Source of the DNA: TPA_inf: Saccharomyces
Taxonomy: Eukaryota
Length of the DNA: 64,000 bases
Assembly (NCBI GenBank): GCA_000146045.2
Contig: BK006944.2
Location: 384,001 to 448,000, forward strand
Direction of reading: 5' to 3'
Under the pieces are notes generated by a model. That model had not been told where the DNA came from, did no database searches, and saw only the letters and a program-made list of their open reading frames with translations. Position numbers and translations under genes: made by a program. Shown one piece after another: positions 30,601 through 40,400 of this stretch (position 1 is its first letter; each line of letters opens with the position of its first letter).

Positions 30601-32913
30601 ATACTGGAAAAAAGATGAGCTCTTCATTGAAGAAATTAAAGAATTAGAGCTATTAGTTTTCTTTATGTTTTCTTCAAATGAGTCAAGTTTCAAGTATATA
30701 TTAACATCATGATCAGAGACCTCAGGAAAGACATTTTTAACAAGTTTATCTATGCCTATATGGTCTTCACCAATGAAAATCATGTTTCTAAGAAAAAGTA
30801 TAAGCCATTTAATTAAAAACTCTGGGTTTCCACTCTTGTCAACGTATTTCCATTGCTCTGAAAGGCACATTATGAAGGGAGAAATGTAGTTATACTCTTT
30901 TGCCATATCGACGTACTTGTATGGTGTTTTTACGACACGAGATATAGTTTCGTCAAACCACTTCCAGACTTGTTCCATGTTGTCAATTTCAGAAACTTGA
31001 AGGGAAAGCCCTTGAAGACTATTCACTAAAGCCATCACTGGTGAAATTAAAGATATGTTGAAGATAACGTTTGTTCTCGTCAGCTCATCGAGCAAGTTGG
31101 ATATTCTTGTAGTTATCACGTTAGAAGCATTTTTGGAGGATGCTAGCTTTAATAGTAGGGTGAATAAAGAATTTCCACCAGAACTTGGATTCCACCACCT
31201 GGTTTGAGTAGAGTTAAATTCTTGAAATTGTAAGTAGTTGTCCAGAATAGCAAATTCTATGCCAGAAATCTTGGATTTTTGCATGATATCTGTGTAAATA
31301 TTTGATGATGGTAGGTTAATTGAGAAGAGGTTGGGGAACATTTTACTATAGTAGTTGAATATGATGGATATGGACAGAGGTAAAATTCTATTATCCTTAT
31401 TGGAAGCCAAAGAATTGCTCAAAGTAGATACGAAGATTGGTAAATCAGGAATTCTAGTATGAAACTCGTTGAGTAAAATAGTTTTTTCATTTCTCCAGCC
31501 TTTTTGATCATAAAATGTGGAAACTTTTTCTAATTTTTTTAACGCTAGAACTATTGATTGACAGGCTAATTGTCTTATGATGGGTGTTTCAAATTGTAGG
31601 GATTTAACCAACGAGGATTTGGTGAGCAAAGATGGCAGAATGTTTTCTATAACTAATGAAGTGGCAGGTGGAATATTGCTATCAACTTTCTCCATAAATT
31701 GCGGTATCTTAAGATTAATAATCTTGTTAATCAGTAACGTTATACCAAACCAATACGAAGTCATCTTAGGGTCATAGTTACCATTCGTCGTTAAAAAGAT
31801 GCTGTAAGGAGCAACAAGTTCGGGAACGTTCTCCAATATTTTGATCAACGTACCTAATTGCAGCGTATCTTCCCAAGGTTTGAAAAGGCGTAAAGTGTTG
31901 AACAAAAGTTTATTATGAATTTGAAATTCCACTTGGTTGACGGTTATCGGAGCTCCATGAGAAGCTCCATCAGCAACTGAATTTTTGAACCAAACGCAAT
32001 TATCAGGAAATGCTACGCTAAAGTCACGGGAAGCTCCAAAAGTTAAGAAAAACTCATTTGCCTTCTTAACCAAATTCTTGTTTGATGAATAATAAAAGTG
32101 ATGAATCTTTGAAGCCGCTAGTTCATTTAAAATTTTGGTTTTAGTAGTTCTCTTGAAGGATTTCTCCTTTAAAATGTCGTTTATGAATACCGATAGTATG
32201 TGCTCAGATAACTTGTCAGAATCAGCCTTATTCATGAATTTAAATAGGTTGCTCATAATCTTAAAGTTTTCTGTCAAAAGTTCTTTTCTCACGAATGGGG
32301 AAGCATTTGAGATCAATGTCAACCAAAACTTGATAAATGTAAATCTTAATGAGTCATGTTTGGATGAATCAGCAGATGAATTCCCATTGGCTAACTCAGA
32401 CTTGCTTGGTACCAACAGTCTTGGTAAAATAGGTAATGAAAAATCGAAATATGAAACTAATTCCTCTATATGTTGCCCATTGTTGAAATTGACTATTTGT
32501 TTGAGTAGACGAAGAATTGGATTAGTTAATTGCGCACGCATATTGTTCAACCCTCTATAGAGAACTTTTGTGTAATCGGTCAATATCAATCTAATTAGAC
32601 CGCTCCCAATAGTCACTGTACTAGTATCAGATGACAAAACTCGTAAGGTTTTAGTCAGTAATGAGGTAGTTTTCGAGAATTTCCCATGGTTATTTACTTG
32701 AGCATAATATGACCAAGTCTGTACCAATTGAGCACCAAATCCTCTTTGGAAGAACACTATTAGAGGTTGGTAATCTTTGGAGAGAGTTTCATCTTCGACT
32801 GCACTGATTATACTTTCTAGTGTTTCTAATGTACCGTCTTCGAACTCTTTCCCTTGGGTGTACTTCTCCCTTCTCTGGTCGCGAGATCCATAGGCTTCGC
32901 TATGATTACTCAT
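27619..32913 (-). CDS. URB1: Nucleolar 90S/pre-60S biogenesis factor (YKL014C), 1764 aa
   Basis: 1764-aa ORF; size and position match URB1; PAC and RRPE motifs in its promoter. Confidence 0.88.
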   Translation of the reverse strand: MSNHSEAYGSRDQRREKYTQGKEFEDGTLETLESIISAVEDETLSKDYQPLIVFFQRGFGAQLVQTWSYYAQVNNHGKFSKTTSLLTKTLRVLSSDTSTVTIGSGLIRLILTDYTKVLYRGLNNMRAQLTNPILRLLKQIVNFNNGQHIEELVSYFDFSLPILPRLLVPSKSELANGNSSADSSKHDSLRFTFIKFWLTLISNASPFVRKELLTENFKIMSNLFKFMNKADSDKLSEHILSVFINDILKEKSFKRTTKTKILNELAASKIHHFYYSSNKNLVKKANEFFLTFGASRDFSVAFPDNCVWFKNSVADGASHGAPITVNQVEFQIHNKLLFNTLRLFKPWEDTLQLGTLIKILENVPELVAPYSIFLTTNGNYDPKMTSYWFGITLLINKIINLKIPQFMEKVDSNIPPATSLVIENILPSLLTKSSLVKSLQFETPIIRQLACQSIVLALKKLEKVSTFYDQKGWRNEKTILLNEFHTRIPDLPIFVSTLSNSLASNKDNRILPLSISIIFNYYSKMFPNLFSINLPSSNIYTDIMQKSKISGIEFAILDNYLQFQEFNSTQTRWWNPSSGGNSLFTLLLKLASSKNASNVITTRISNLLDELTRTNVIFNISLISPVMALVNSLQGLSLQVSEIDNMEQVWKWFDETISRVVKTPYKYVDMAKEYNYISPFIMCLSEQWKYVDKSGNPEFLIKWLILFLRNMIFIGEDHIGIDKLVKNVFPEVSDHDVNIYLKLDSFEENIKKTNSSNSLISSMKSSSFFQYISALPSKNLMNISRLPVNKLDAAGILFRVQLLVEDDSVVYDNWFEATACELTGKIASYMVTDTEFPIIKVLERYINFALPKLAIEKRNALLMKKSRFMCNLIGAVCFETGHQLVEFREIIQKVVFSGENVEEYANYNELYQKEDVNAFLTSVSEYLSTSALTSLLMCSTKLESTRNILQKLFNEGKTIKISLVKNILNKAANEDPASIKEVNISLAKFFEENKVCVDASSDPMGKLSLSETTSLINSFVSSDLNYLVLKAFYRWEHFSFPSFIPSIWRIKDSPLLSIVTTAALFKHMQDKDFSAFAHETISKYGNEIAKSTYTTSKSEIFDEILNMITTYIDFYDETKRNEILKCVLSQSDHKYHAATVRYIAAHNNFTYPGVETWLHKTLLYLTKYLSERKVISNSFFELLRAMAELLKLEEVPNKLNVKIINSQLEAILGSEWIKQIKVLEYVIVLIFCVSKKSIQSQRMVQLLLSNDSYSSIMIKDNDEDSSYRKFLSTMILFSLFSIDPVVNSTPIVQEKLLTFYSGTISSNDKLILKILETIESHTATSWTNMIFSWEFIKDEEEEILEAIGDTRLITKEREGLILTLQKNMIKKSIDRYVLERPQVPELYTDSNTNNYDATTRCDLVKKYYDDTERSGVDMYDPLFLLLLIIHNKELVKMVKDDEGNVTYRYEFENFLDCKIFQFIICSLSDCHTVANISYEHLSNLASSLEKKTAQMNLEKQITSKDNERKESDSDLIKYNSIYQVLIKRILYQRQQNQDPINPLIWFSISRIVDLLGSPTAPLHEKAYRWVLSNSTIRSWDIPMVSDVMMSYNKRQQDDNKKEIDMEIYYGELSWVLTTICKGIKTDEDYKMLEKKGVFEWLLNLINMPYLKERLRELIYFIFYKVQRVADDGGLNLISRNGIVSFFEVLNNNIKSRLPQDDILNNIGTLRNENRGTLNTTLRLAQEQNGIEKLLLGYNELVKSQKRLILWTEGDSDNVVKRLRK

Positions 32914-33006
32914 TATGTAAGTGCTCCTCTAGTTCTGTTAGATGAAGTAGTACCGCATAGATTAGAGAAATAATATCCAATCAAGAATATAACCGAACTA
33001 TTCTTT

Positions 33007-33034
33007 GCGATGAGCTTTATTGCTGAAATTTTTC
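33007..33034. promoter_or_regulatory. URB1 ribosome-biogenesis promoter: PAC GCGATGAGCT (33007-16) and RRPE-like AAATTTTTC (33026-34)
   Basis: 95-120 bp upstream of the URB1 start (minus strand, 32913). Confidence 0.6.
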
Positions 33035-33507
33035 ATATTTCGTCTACAGTGATATAATATTGAAATCCTCATGCAAGTCGTGCATAGGTAAAAGCTGTTT
33101 ACTATATGTTGGTGCACTATTATCATATAATTTTAGTTTGGTCGTATACTAGTGCGGCAGTAATAATAAATGCTTTAGAATCTTCAATCTTCATTTGTTT
33201 ACGTAAAATGAAAACGTTTTGTGTTAGAATTGACAGATTGAAGTTTAATTTTAGGTGTCGGGAGAAACATTTTAATCCCTTTTTATGAATATAATTTAAG
33301 TACTAAAAAAATCACCATAATTATACAAAGTAACTGCAATTTAAAAGTACGTTTATAATTAATTCACATACACATGTTATTGTATCTAACTAAATAGTCT
33401 CGAAATAGTTCAATTGAGTACGCAAACTAACACAGTCAGTACAGATCGTAAAGTTTTCCGTCAATAGGGCCCTGACGGAGAAAGATTCCCTTTCCTATAT
33501 TAGGAAT

Positions 33508-34023
33508 CTAATAGACAAATTCATCAAGATATGCTTCCGCAACAAATCTTGCTCTGGCATTCAAAAACAGTTTAATTTCACTGATTTCCTTATCCACGTC
33601 CTCCATGAATTCAATAATAAAATCAACCAATTTCCCAGTTTTCATTGATTCAGTATGCTTATTAGTTATTAGAAAAGAAATACTGTAGCCAGGTATTGGT
33701 ACACGTCTCAGAATGTAGAATGCTTCAGCACGCTGTTCCAAAAATCTAGTAAACTTGTGAACTAAAATCTGCTCAATTTCATCTGCCTGTTTCACCATTA
33801 AACTCATACGCACCGAGTTTACACTGGGCTCAATCAATACTTGTTCATTTTCATTACGAGATATATGCATCGGTTGGAGCAACAATTCGGCGCTAGTGTT
33901 AGGGACTTCAACTTCCGGTCTGTTGTGCCTCTCCACTTCCTGCGAAGAGAAATTGCTCAAAGTCAACGCAGCTTCCAGGGAATAACGAACAGCCGTTAGA
34001 TACGGACGTAATGATTGTGACAT
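33508..34023 (-). CDS. ARC19: Arp2/3 complex subunit ARPC4 homologue (YKL013C), 171 aa
   Basis: [20 protein letters not shown]... aligns end to end with remembered ARPC4; 171 aa; coding sequence is contiguous (no intron). Confidence 0.9.
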   Translation of the reverse strand: MSQSLRPYLTAVRYSLEAALTLSNFSSQEVERHNRPEVEVPNTSAELLLQPMHISRNENEQVLIEPSVNSVRMSLMVKQADEIEQILVHKFTRFLEQRAEAFYILRRVPIPGYSISFLITNKHTESMKTGKLVDFIIEFMEDVDKEISEIKLFLNARARFVAEAYLDEFVY

Positions 34024-34309
34024 TTCCTACTATCAGTTGCTTCCTCTTTTATCTTTTGTCAAAGTGACACCGAGTTGTTCCGAAAGCCTCTATTTGCTTG
34101 GCTTTACAGGCTTTTTTTGTTCTATAATTGTATTTTGCTATACAAAAGGGGCGACGTGGTAAACGATATGAAATTATCGACAATAATAATGTACTTGGAA
34201 ATCTGGCAGTTGATGACATCGCAATAGCGTGCCTACCTATCAGGATAACAAGGTCTGAAGCCAGATCGACCACTAGACAAGCATTGCCGGAGGTGGGAGA
34301 CGTGAAACT

Positions 34310-36061
34310 ATGTCTATTTGGAAGGAAGCTAAAGATGCAAGTGGAAGGATATATTATTACAATACTTTGACAAAGAAATCTACGTGGGAGAAGCCCAAGG
34401 AACTAATTTCTCAGGAGGAGCTACTTCTTCGAGAAAATGGCTGGAAGGCGGCCAAGACGGCAGACGGCAAAGTATACTATTATAATCCAACAACAAGAGA
34501 AACCAGCTGGACTATTCCGGCCTTCGAGAAGAAAGTAGAACCCATCGCAGAACAAAAACATGATACAGTATCCCATGCACAGGTTAATGGAAATAGAATA
34601 GCCCTTACGGCTGGAGAAAAACAAGAGCCGGGACGAACTATAAACGAGGAGGAAAGCCAATATGCTAATAACTCTAAACTGCTTAATGTCAGGAGAAGGA
34701 CTAAAGAAGAAGCAGAGAAGGAATTTATTACCATGCTGAAGGAAAATCAAGTAGACTCTACTTGGTCATTCAGTAGAATTATTTCAGAACTGGGGACCAG
34801 AGATCCAAGGTATTGGATGGTCGATGATGACCCCTTATGGAAGAAAGAAATGTTTGAGAAATATCTTTCCAATAGATCAGCCGATCAACTTCTTAAGGAA
34901 CACAATGAAACAAGCAAATTCAAAGAAGCCTTTCAGAAAATGTTGCAAAACAATTCTCATATAAAATATTACACCCGTTGGCCTACCGCAAAGAGACTAA
35001 TTGCCGACGAACCAATATACAAACACTCCGTGGTCAATGAAAAGACAAAGAGACAGACCTTTCAAGATTATATAGATACCCTCATCGACACTCAGAAAGA
35101 ATCAAAAAAAAAATTGAAAACACAGGCCCTAAAAGAACTAAGAGAGTATTTAAACGGTATTATAACAACATCATCCTCTGAAACTTTCATAACCTGGCAG
35201 CAGCTTTTAAATCACTATGTTTTTGATAAGAGTAAGAGATATATGGCGAACCGGCACTTCAAAGTCTTAACCCACGAAGATGTTTTAAACGAGTATCTGA
35301 AAATAGTAAATACGATTGAAAACGATCTTCAAAACAAACTAAATGAGCTCCGACTGCGCAATTATACCAGAGACCGTATTGCTAGAGATAACTTTAAAAG
35401 CTTATTAAGAGAAGTGCCAATCAAAATCAAAGCAAATACTAGATGGTCAGATATTTATCCTCATATAAAGTCTGATCCGCGCTTTTTACATATGCTTGGA
35501 AGGAATGGCTCGTCCTGCCTTGATTTATTTTTAGATTTTGTTGATGAACAAAGGATGTACATCTTTGCACAAAGATCAATAGCCCAACAGACGTTGATAG
35601 ATCAAAATTTTGAATGGAATGATGCCGATAGCGACGAGATCACCAAGCAAAACATAGAAAAAGTTCTGGAAAATGACCGGAAATTTGACAAGGTGGATAA
35701 AGAAGACATCAGTTTGATTGTTGATGGTTTGATAAAGCAAAGAAACGAAAAGATACAACAGAAACTCCAAAATGAGCGTAGGATATTGGAGCAAAAGAAG
35801 CACTATTTTTGGTTACTTTTGCAAAGGACATATACAAAAACCGGTAAGCCCAAGCCTAGTACGTGGGATTTAGCTTCCAAAGAGCTTGGCGAATCTCTTG
35901 AATACAAGGCACTAGGCGATGAAGATAACATAAGAAGACAAATTTTCGAGGATTTTAAGCCTGAAAGCTCTGCACCGACTGCCGAAAGCGCTACTGCAAA
36001 CTTAACGTTGACCGCGTCAAAAAAGAGGCATTTAACTCCGGCTGTGGAATTGGACTATTGA
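34310..36061 (+). CDS. PRP40: U1 snRNP protein with two WW domains and FF domains (YKL012W), 583 aa
   Basis: WW domains WKEAKDASGRIYYYNTLTKKSTWEKP and WKAAKTADGKVYYYNPTTRETSWTIP; 583 aa. Confidence 0.92.
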   Translation: MSIWKEAKDASGRIYYYNTLTKKSTWEKPKELISQEELLLRENGWKAAKTADGKVYYYNPTTRETSWTIPAFEKKVEPIAEQKHDTVSHAQVNGNRIALTAGEKQEPGRTINEEESQYANNSKLLNVRRRTKEEAEKEFITMLKENQVDSTWSFSRIISELGTRDPRYWMVDDDPLWKKEMFEKYLSNRSADQLLKEHNETSKFKEAFQKMLQNNSHIKYYTRWPTAKRLIADEPIYKHSVVNEKTKRQTFQDYIDTLIDTQKESKKKLKTQALKELREYLNGIITTSSSETFITWQQLLNHYVFDKSKRYMANRHFKVLTHEDVLNEYLKIVNTIENDLQNKLNELRLRNYTRDRIARDNFKSLLREVPIKIKANTRWSDIYPHIKSDPRFLHMLGRNGSSCLDLFLDFVDEQRMYIFAQRSIAQQTLIDQNFEWNDADSDEITKQNIEKVLENDRKFDKVDKEDISLIVDGLIKQRNEKIQQKLQNERRILEQKKHYFWLLLQRTYTKTGKPKPSTWDLASKELGESLEYKALGDEDNIRRQIFEDFKPESSAPTAESATANLTLTASKKRHLTPAVELDY

Positions 36062-36154
36062 TTCTGACGTGTCGACCTCTATCTTGTTAATCATTATATA
36101 AATTATACATAGAGATTACATGTTATTTCAAGTTTGCGATCACCGCACAATTTC

Positions 36155-37216
36155 TTAGTCATTGTTGTAAGTGTTCTGCAAAAATTTCAGCTTTTGTACC
36201 TTATTTTCACAAAATTCAAACACCTGTCCGAACTGTGTTTTAACCAGTGTTTTTGAATTCAAGAGTTCAGTAATACTTTCATAATTTTTTAACCACTCCA
36301 TCCAAGACAAACAATGGAGGAATGAATCTGCCAAATCGTCATCTTTTCTCACCCCCGAATTATCTTGGATCTCTAGTATATCACATAGCTTGAAACTTTT
36401 TTTTTTGGTAAGGGCATTTCTTATCCTATTATTCCAAACTCCTATGAACTCGACCAGTTTTGTAGAACTAGTTGAATTACCTTCTAGTATTGAGGTTGAA
36501 AGTATTTTTTTCACTAGCTTTATTCGAGAATCTTTGCTATGTTTGTTAGATTTTAACTTTTTTGAACTGGTCGGTGTCTCTTCTCTTGGAATGCACCAAT
36601 ATGAAGTCATCCGATGTGGATCGGACGAACATACCATATACCTCAACTTGGACGTATTCGGTATTTTATTCGTATACTTCATTTTATTTTCCAAGTTAGA
36701 GAAAAGAATCTGTTCGAGAATATTCACTTTTAAAATTGGGTCTAAAATATGCCTCGAAGACATAGTTCTGGTACGTTGCCTTTCAATTGTAAACATATCT
36801 GGTATCGGCATAGATTCAAATAAATACTCCGTAAGGTTAAATACAAGCTCAGAAGTTTCAGCAGGATTCAAGCTTAACTTTTTGAGGTTTTGAAAAAATT
36901 TCTCCTCTAGATTTATCTTTTGCCAGTCTAGTACTTTAGGGAGCGGATCATTATTGAGCAATTGCATCTTAGAGAAAGCAAAGTTAGAAACACCAGCATC
37001 CATAGACAATATGTTAATTCTTCCCTCTCTTATCTTTTGTTGTCGTAACTTCTCCAAAAATTCACACTGTTCTTGAATGTAGGTTCTTTTAGCTTCTTTC
37101 GTCGTGCCATTTACTGCTCCAATAACAAATGATAAAGATTTCAGTTGTGTGCTTTTTGCATTTTGGCAGCAGGAATCGATGAGTTGCAATATCTTAGCTT
37201 TCTGTGCTGTCGACAT
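36155..37216 (-). CDS. CCE1: Mitochondrial cruciform-cutting endonuclease, RuvC-like resolvase (YKL011C), 353 aa
   Basis: The track ORF (383 aa) has 30 extra N-terminal codons; I place the start at MSTAQKAKILQLIDSCC (37216). Confidence 0.85.
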   Translation of the reverse strand: MSTAQKAKILQLIDSCCQNAKSTQLKSLSFVIGAVNGTTKEAKRTYIQEQCEFLEKLRQQKIREGRINILSMDAGVSNFAFSKMQLLNNDPLPKVLDWQKINLEEKFFQNLKKLSLNPAETSELVFNLTEYLFESMPIPDMFTIERQRTRTMSSRHILDPILKVNILEQILFSNLENKMKYTNKIPNTSKLRYMVCSSDPHRMTSYWCIPREETPTSSKKLKSNKHSKDSRIKLVKKILSTSILEGNSTSSTKLVEFIGVWNNRIRNALTKKKSFKLCDILEIQDNSGVRKDDDLADSFLHCLSWMEWLKNYESITELLNSKTLVKTQFGQVFEFCENKVQKLKFLQNTYNND

Positions 37217-37423
37217 ATTACTATCTTTTTTAGCTTTAGACTGTATAACCGTAAGCCTTCGTTGTATGCAATGGATAAACAAATATGGAATCGCCAGTTG
37301 AAACAAAAAAATGAGAAAAGTACGGATAATCCGAAGAAATTTAGTCTGATTCCATCCATTTTTTGTATCTTAAGAAATAATTTTGAAGTCATATAAAACT
37401 TAAATAGAAAAAGTAACTAAAAT

Positions 37424-40400
37424 TTAGGAAAGTAGAAAAGCTCCTGCACCCTCTTCAATGGCTTGACAAAGACGAGACCGCATAATATCTTTGCTAGTAT
37501 ACTTCGGCAATTTCAAATAATTAGCACATGTCATTACACTTGGTAGATATTCGTCTGCTGTTAGGCCATCTTCAGCATGCTTTAACACAACTGTAAACTT
37601 TGGGTTCAAACTTTTAAATCCCCCAATTGGAAGCTTGGGAGATCCCGTTAAAAATTGCAAAAATAATCTTCTTTCATGCTTACCAAACGCGGATATTATT
37701 GATATAAAATCATGAATGATTGAAGAATCCATTGTATAGCCATGTTCAGCGTTCAAGTTTGTGTATAAAGTTGCCATAGACCAGTCTTCCTCAACTCGTC
37801 CGAAAATATCCACTAATTCATCCGGAAAAAGTATTAGCATCCTCTCATAGGAAAACACCTTTGAAAAACCTTCAATAAATGCTTTTAACTGTTTTTCAAT
37901 GCCCTTACCTAATATTTGGTCGATAACGCCATGGATATATTCTTCAACATTAGAAGAGTTCAAGGATTTATTACAACCCCCCGGAATCAACTCAATGTCA
38001 TCATTTCCAGGAACGGTAAATGTCAAGGACAACGATTCTAGGGTCATATTGTCATCCTTATTCGCTACTATGTATTTAAGGGATTTTGCGAGTAACGGAT
38101 CTACCAATTCGATCATTAACAGACAGGTTTCAACGTCGCTCGGCACTGTCGTCACATTGGGCGTAGACATTCTGTGCAATAACTCAAAAAAGACTTTGCT
38201 AAATCTAAAGTCAAGAATTCTATTATCAAGCAACGATCTGGCAACAAATGTCCCCAAATATCCAAAAAGTTCAATAACTTTTTCATTATTGGAAAACGGG
38301 TTGAGGGGCTCTGGGAACAATAAAGTGGTAATATAATCGTCAGTAGTATCAACATCCATTTCGCTTCTGTAACTATAAGAGTTACAACGCCACATATTTA
38401 ACGACTTTCTTGCAAAATACTTGGAAACTACGGAGTAAAATTCCAAAGTCGGTCCTAAACCTGTTCCTGCTTCTTCTTGATATTCAATTTCCAGTACGTC
38501 AGGGCTACTTCCGTACTTGGATAAAATCTTGAGACCGGTAGCGAATATTGTTTTTCTTGAAATCCGCAGCTTACGCCTAGTAATTCTCCCAAGTTGTTGT
38601 AAAGCTTCGTCATTCCTTAAATCTTTCGAGCCTTTACTCTTATTCTTCCAAAGTTGAATCAATCTTCCGTAACCAAATGAAGTACATTGTAGGAAAAGCA
38701 TCCTGGTATCAAACGGAAACAAAAATGGGAATCTCCTGGTCAAAAATAGTGACCAATCCGGCAAAGCTCCACTTGCTACTACCAATGGTTCATCTAGTTG
38801 TCTAGCGAGCTTAGCGCTTAGTTTTGAGTTGATAAAACTGTCGCTTTTAACACCGCAGCTATGTAGAAAATCCAGCAATGTCAGAATATCCGCTGAAGAT
38901 CCAGTATCAACCTGTGCGAATTCTCTTTTTTTATAAAAATCTCTTAACTTTTTCCCCTCATTAGCTTCCTCGGCTGCCTCACTCTCTCTATTGTTACCTT
39001 CTAAACTTTTGCAAAATTTGATTGTATGTGTATCATCCCATAAAGTTTTTAAGTCACGATTTCGCCTGACGAATGTATTAAATATCACACCAAATACTGT
39101 AGACTCCATGTCAACTTTTTCATTATCATAAAAAAAGTCAAAGTTCTTTTTTCTCATATGATCCAAGCAATTTTCTTCTTCTTCCCTATCAGCTTCGGTA
39201 CTGGAAGATGTAAGGTTTGGGATTAATGAATTCAAAAAACGCATTCTTACCATTCTGTGTCTCAAAAACTCATTAAGTGAGGTAAAAGAAGCTATGCAAT
39301 GGACCGAAACGATAGTAGATGATAAATCAGTACCAATATTATCTTTGCTTGCATCGCCATCATAAACCAACTTAATTTTTATCTCTTTAGCCAGTGAAGA
39401 TACACCACCACCATCGTGTAAACCGCAATCAACTATAGAGAAATTCTCCAGCCTTGTGAGAGCAGATTGTAGGATTTCTAAAAATCTGTCAATACAATCC
39501 TCAAATACCTCTAAAAATGATTTAGCAAGAATGAAATGGGATACCGTTGAGGATGTAATTCTTTTAGTTATGGAGGAAGCTAGCCCTGTAGAAGTAAATT
39601 CGAAACCTGACACGTCGAAATCTTCATGGAAAATACATTTTTTTAAAACAGACCAAATTCCCTTCCAATCCTCTTCAGTTTTGTCCGGAGTGGAAGGATT
39701 TTCTAAAATAGAAACAACGCCTTCGATTTGATGGAGCTCCTCTGTTATTGCTTCTTGCTCAACGTTCATCTGAGAAAGTACTCTATTAACTAGGTTCACA
39801 CCCTTGTTTTTAATATAAGCTAGAGATAGAGTTCTGAAAATGTGTATTGAAATTTTCTTTGGTTTTACTGAATCAGGAATTTCCATATCAGTAAATTCGT
39901 AATCATATTCTTCATCACCCTCATCACATTCCTCAATACTGCTATGCAAATCCCCTTCTTCGTCAGAAAGTGAAATATTTTCATTCCCGTCTTCCTTTAA
40001 ATCAATGTTATTGAAATCCACAGACAAATCCTTAACCAAATCAAAAATGCCCTCTCTTTTGATGGAAGGAAAGAACAGTTCGGAAAACTTTTTACAAATT
40101 AAGTCAAGCAACGAGAGACCACCAACCAACAGTGTACCAGCTTCTGATGAGTAAGTACCATTAGCGTTAGACGCTGTTTCTTTTTGGGCCAGGATAGATC
40201 CGATTAACTTAATAAGTTGATCATTGATTGCCTTTGCTGTGGAATTATTTATGCATGATACAACCCTCAGTAAAGCAATAAGTACGTATCTTCTTACGTC
40301 AAAGTCAGCAGCATTTGTATAAATTTCAACGAGAATTGGAATTAGACATTGAACTAGGGAATCAAACTTTTCCTGGTTAGAAATTACGCCACGGTCGCTA

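Noticed and set aside
33508-34100. Possible intron in ARC19
   Set aside because: I half-remembered ARC19 as spliced, but the 171-codon reading frame is contiguous and aligns end to end with ARPC4. There is no GTATGT or TACTAAC in or just upstream of it.
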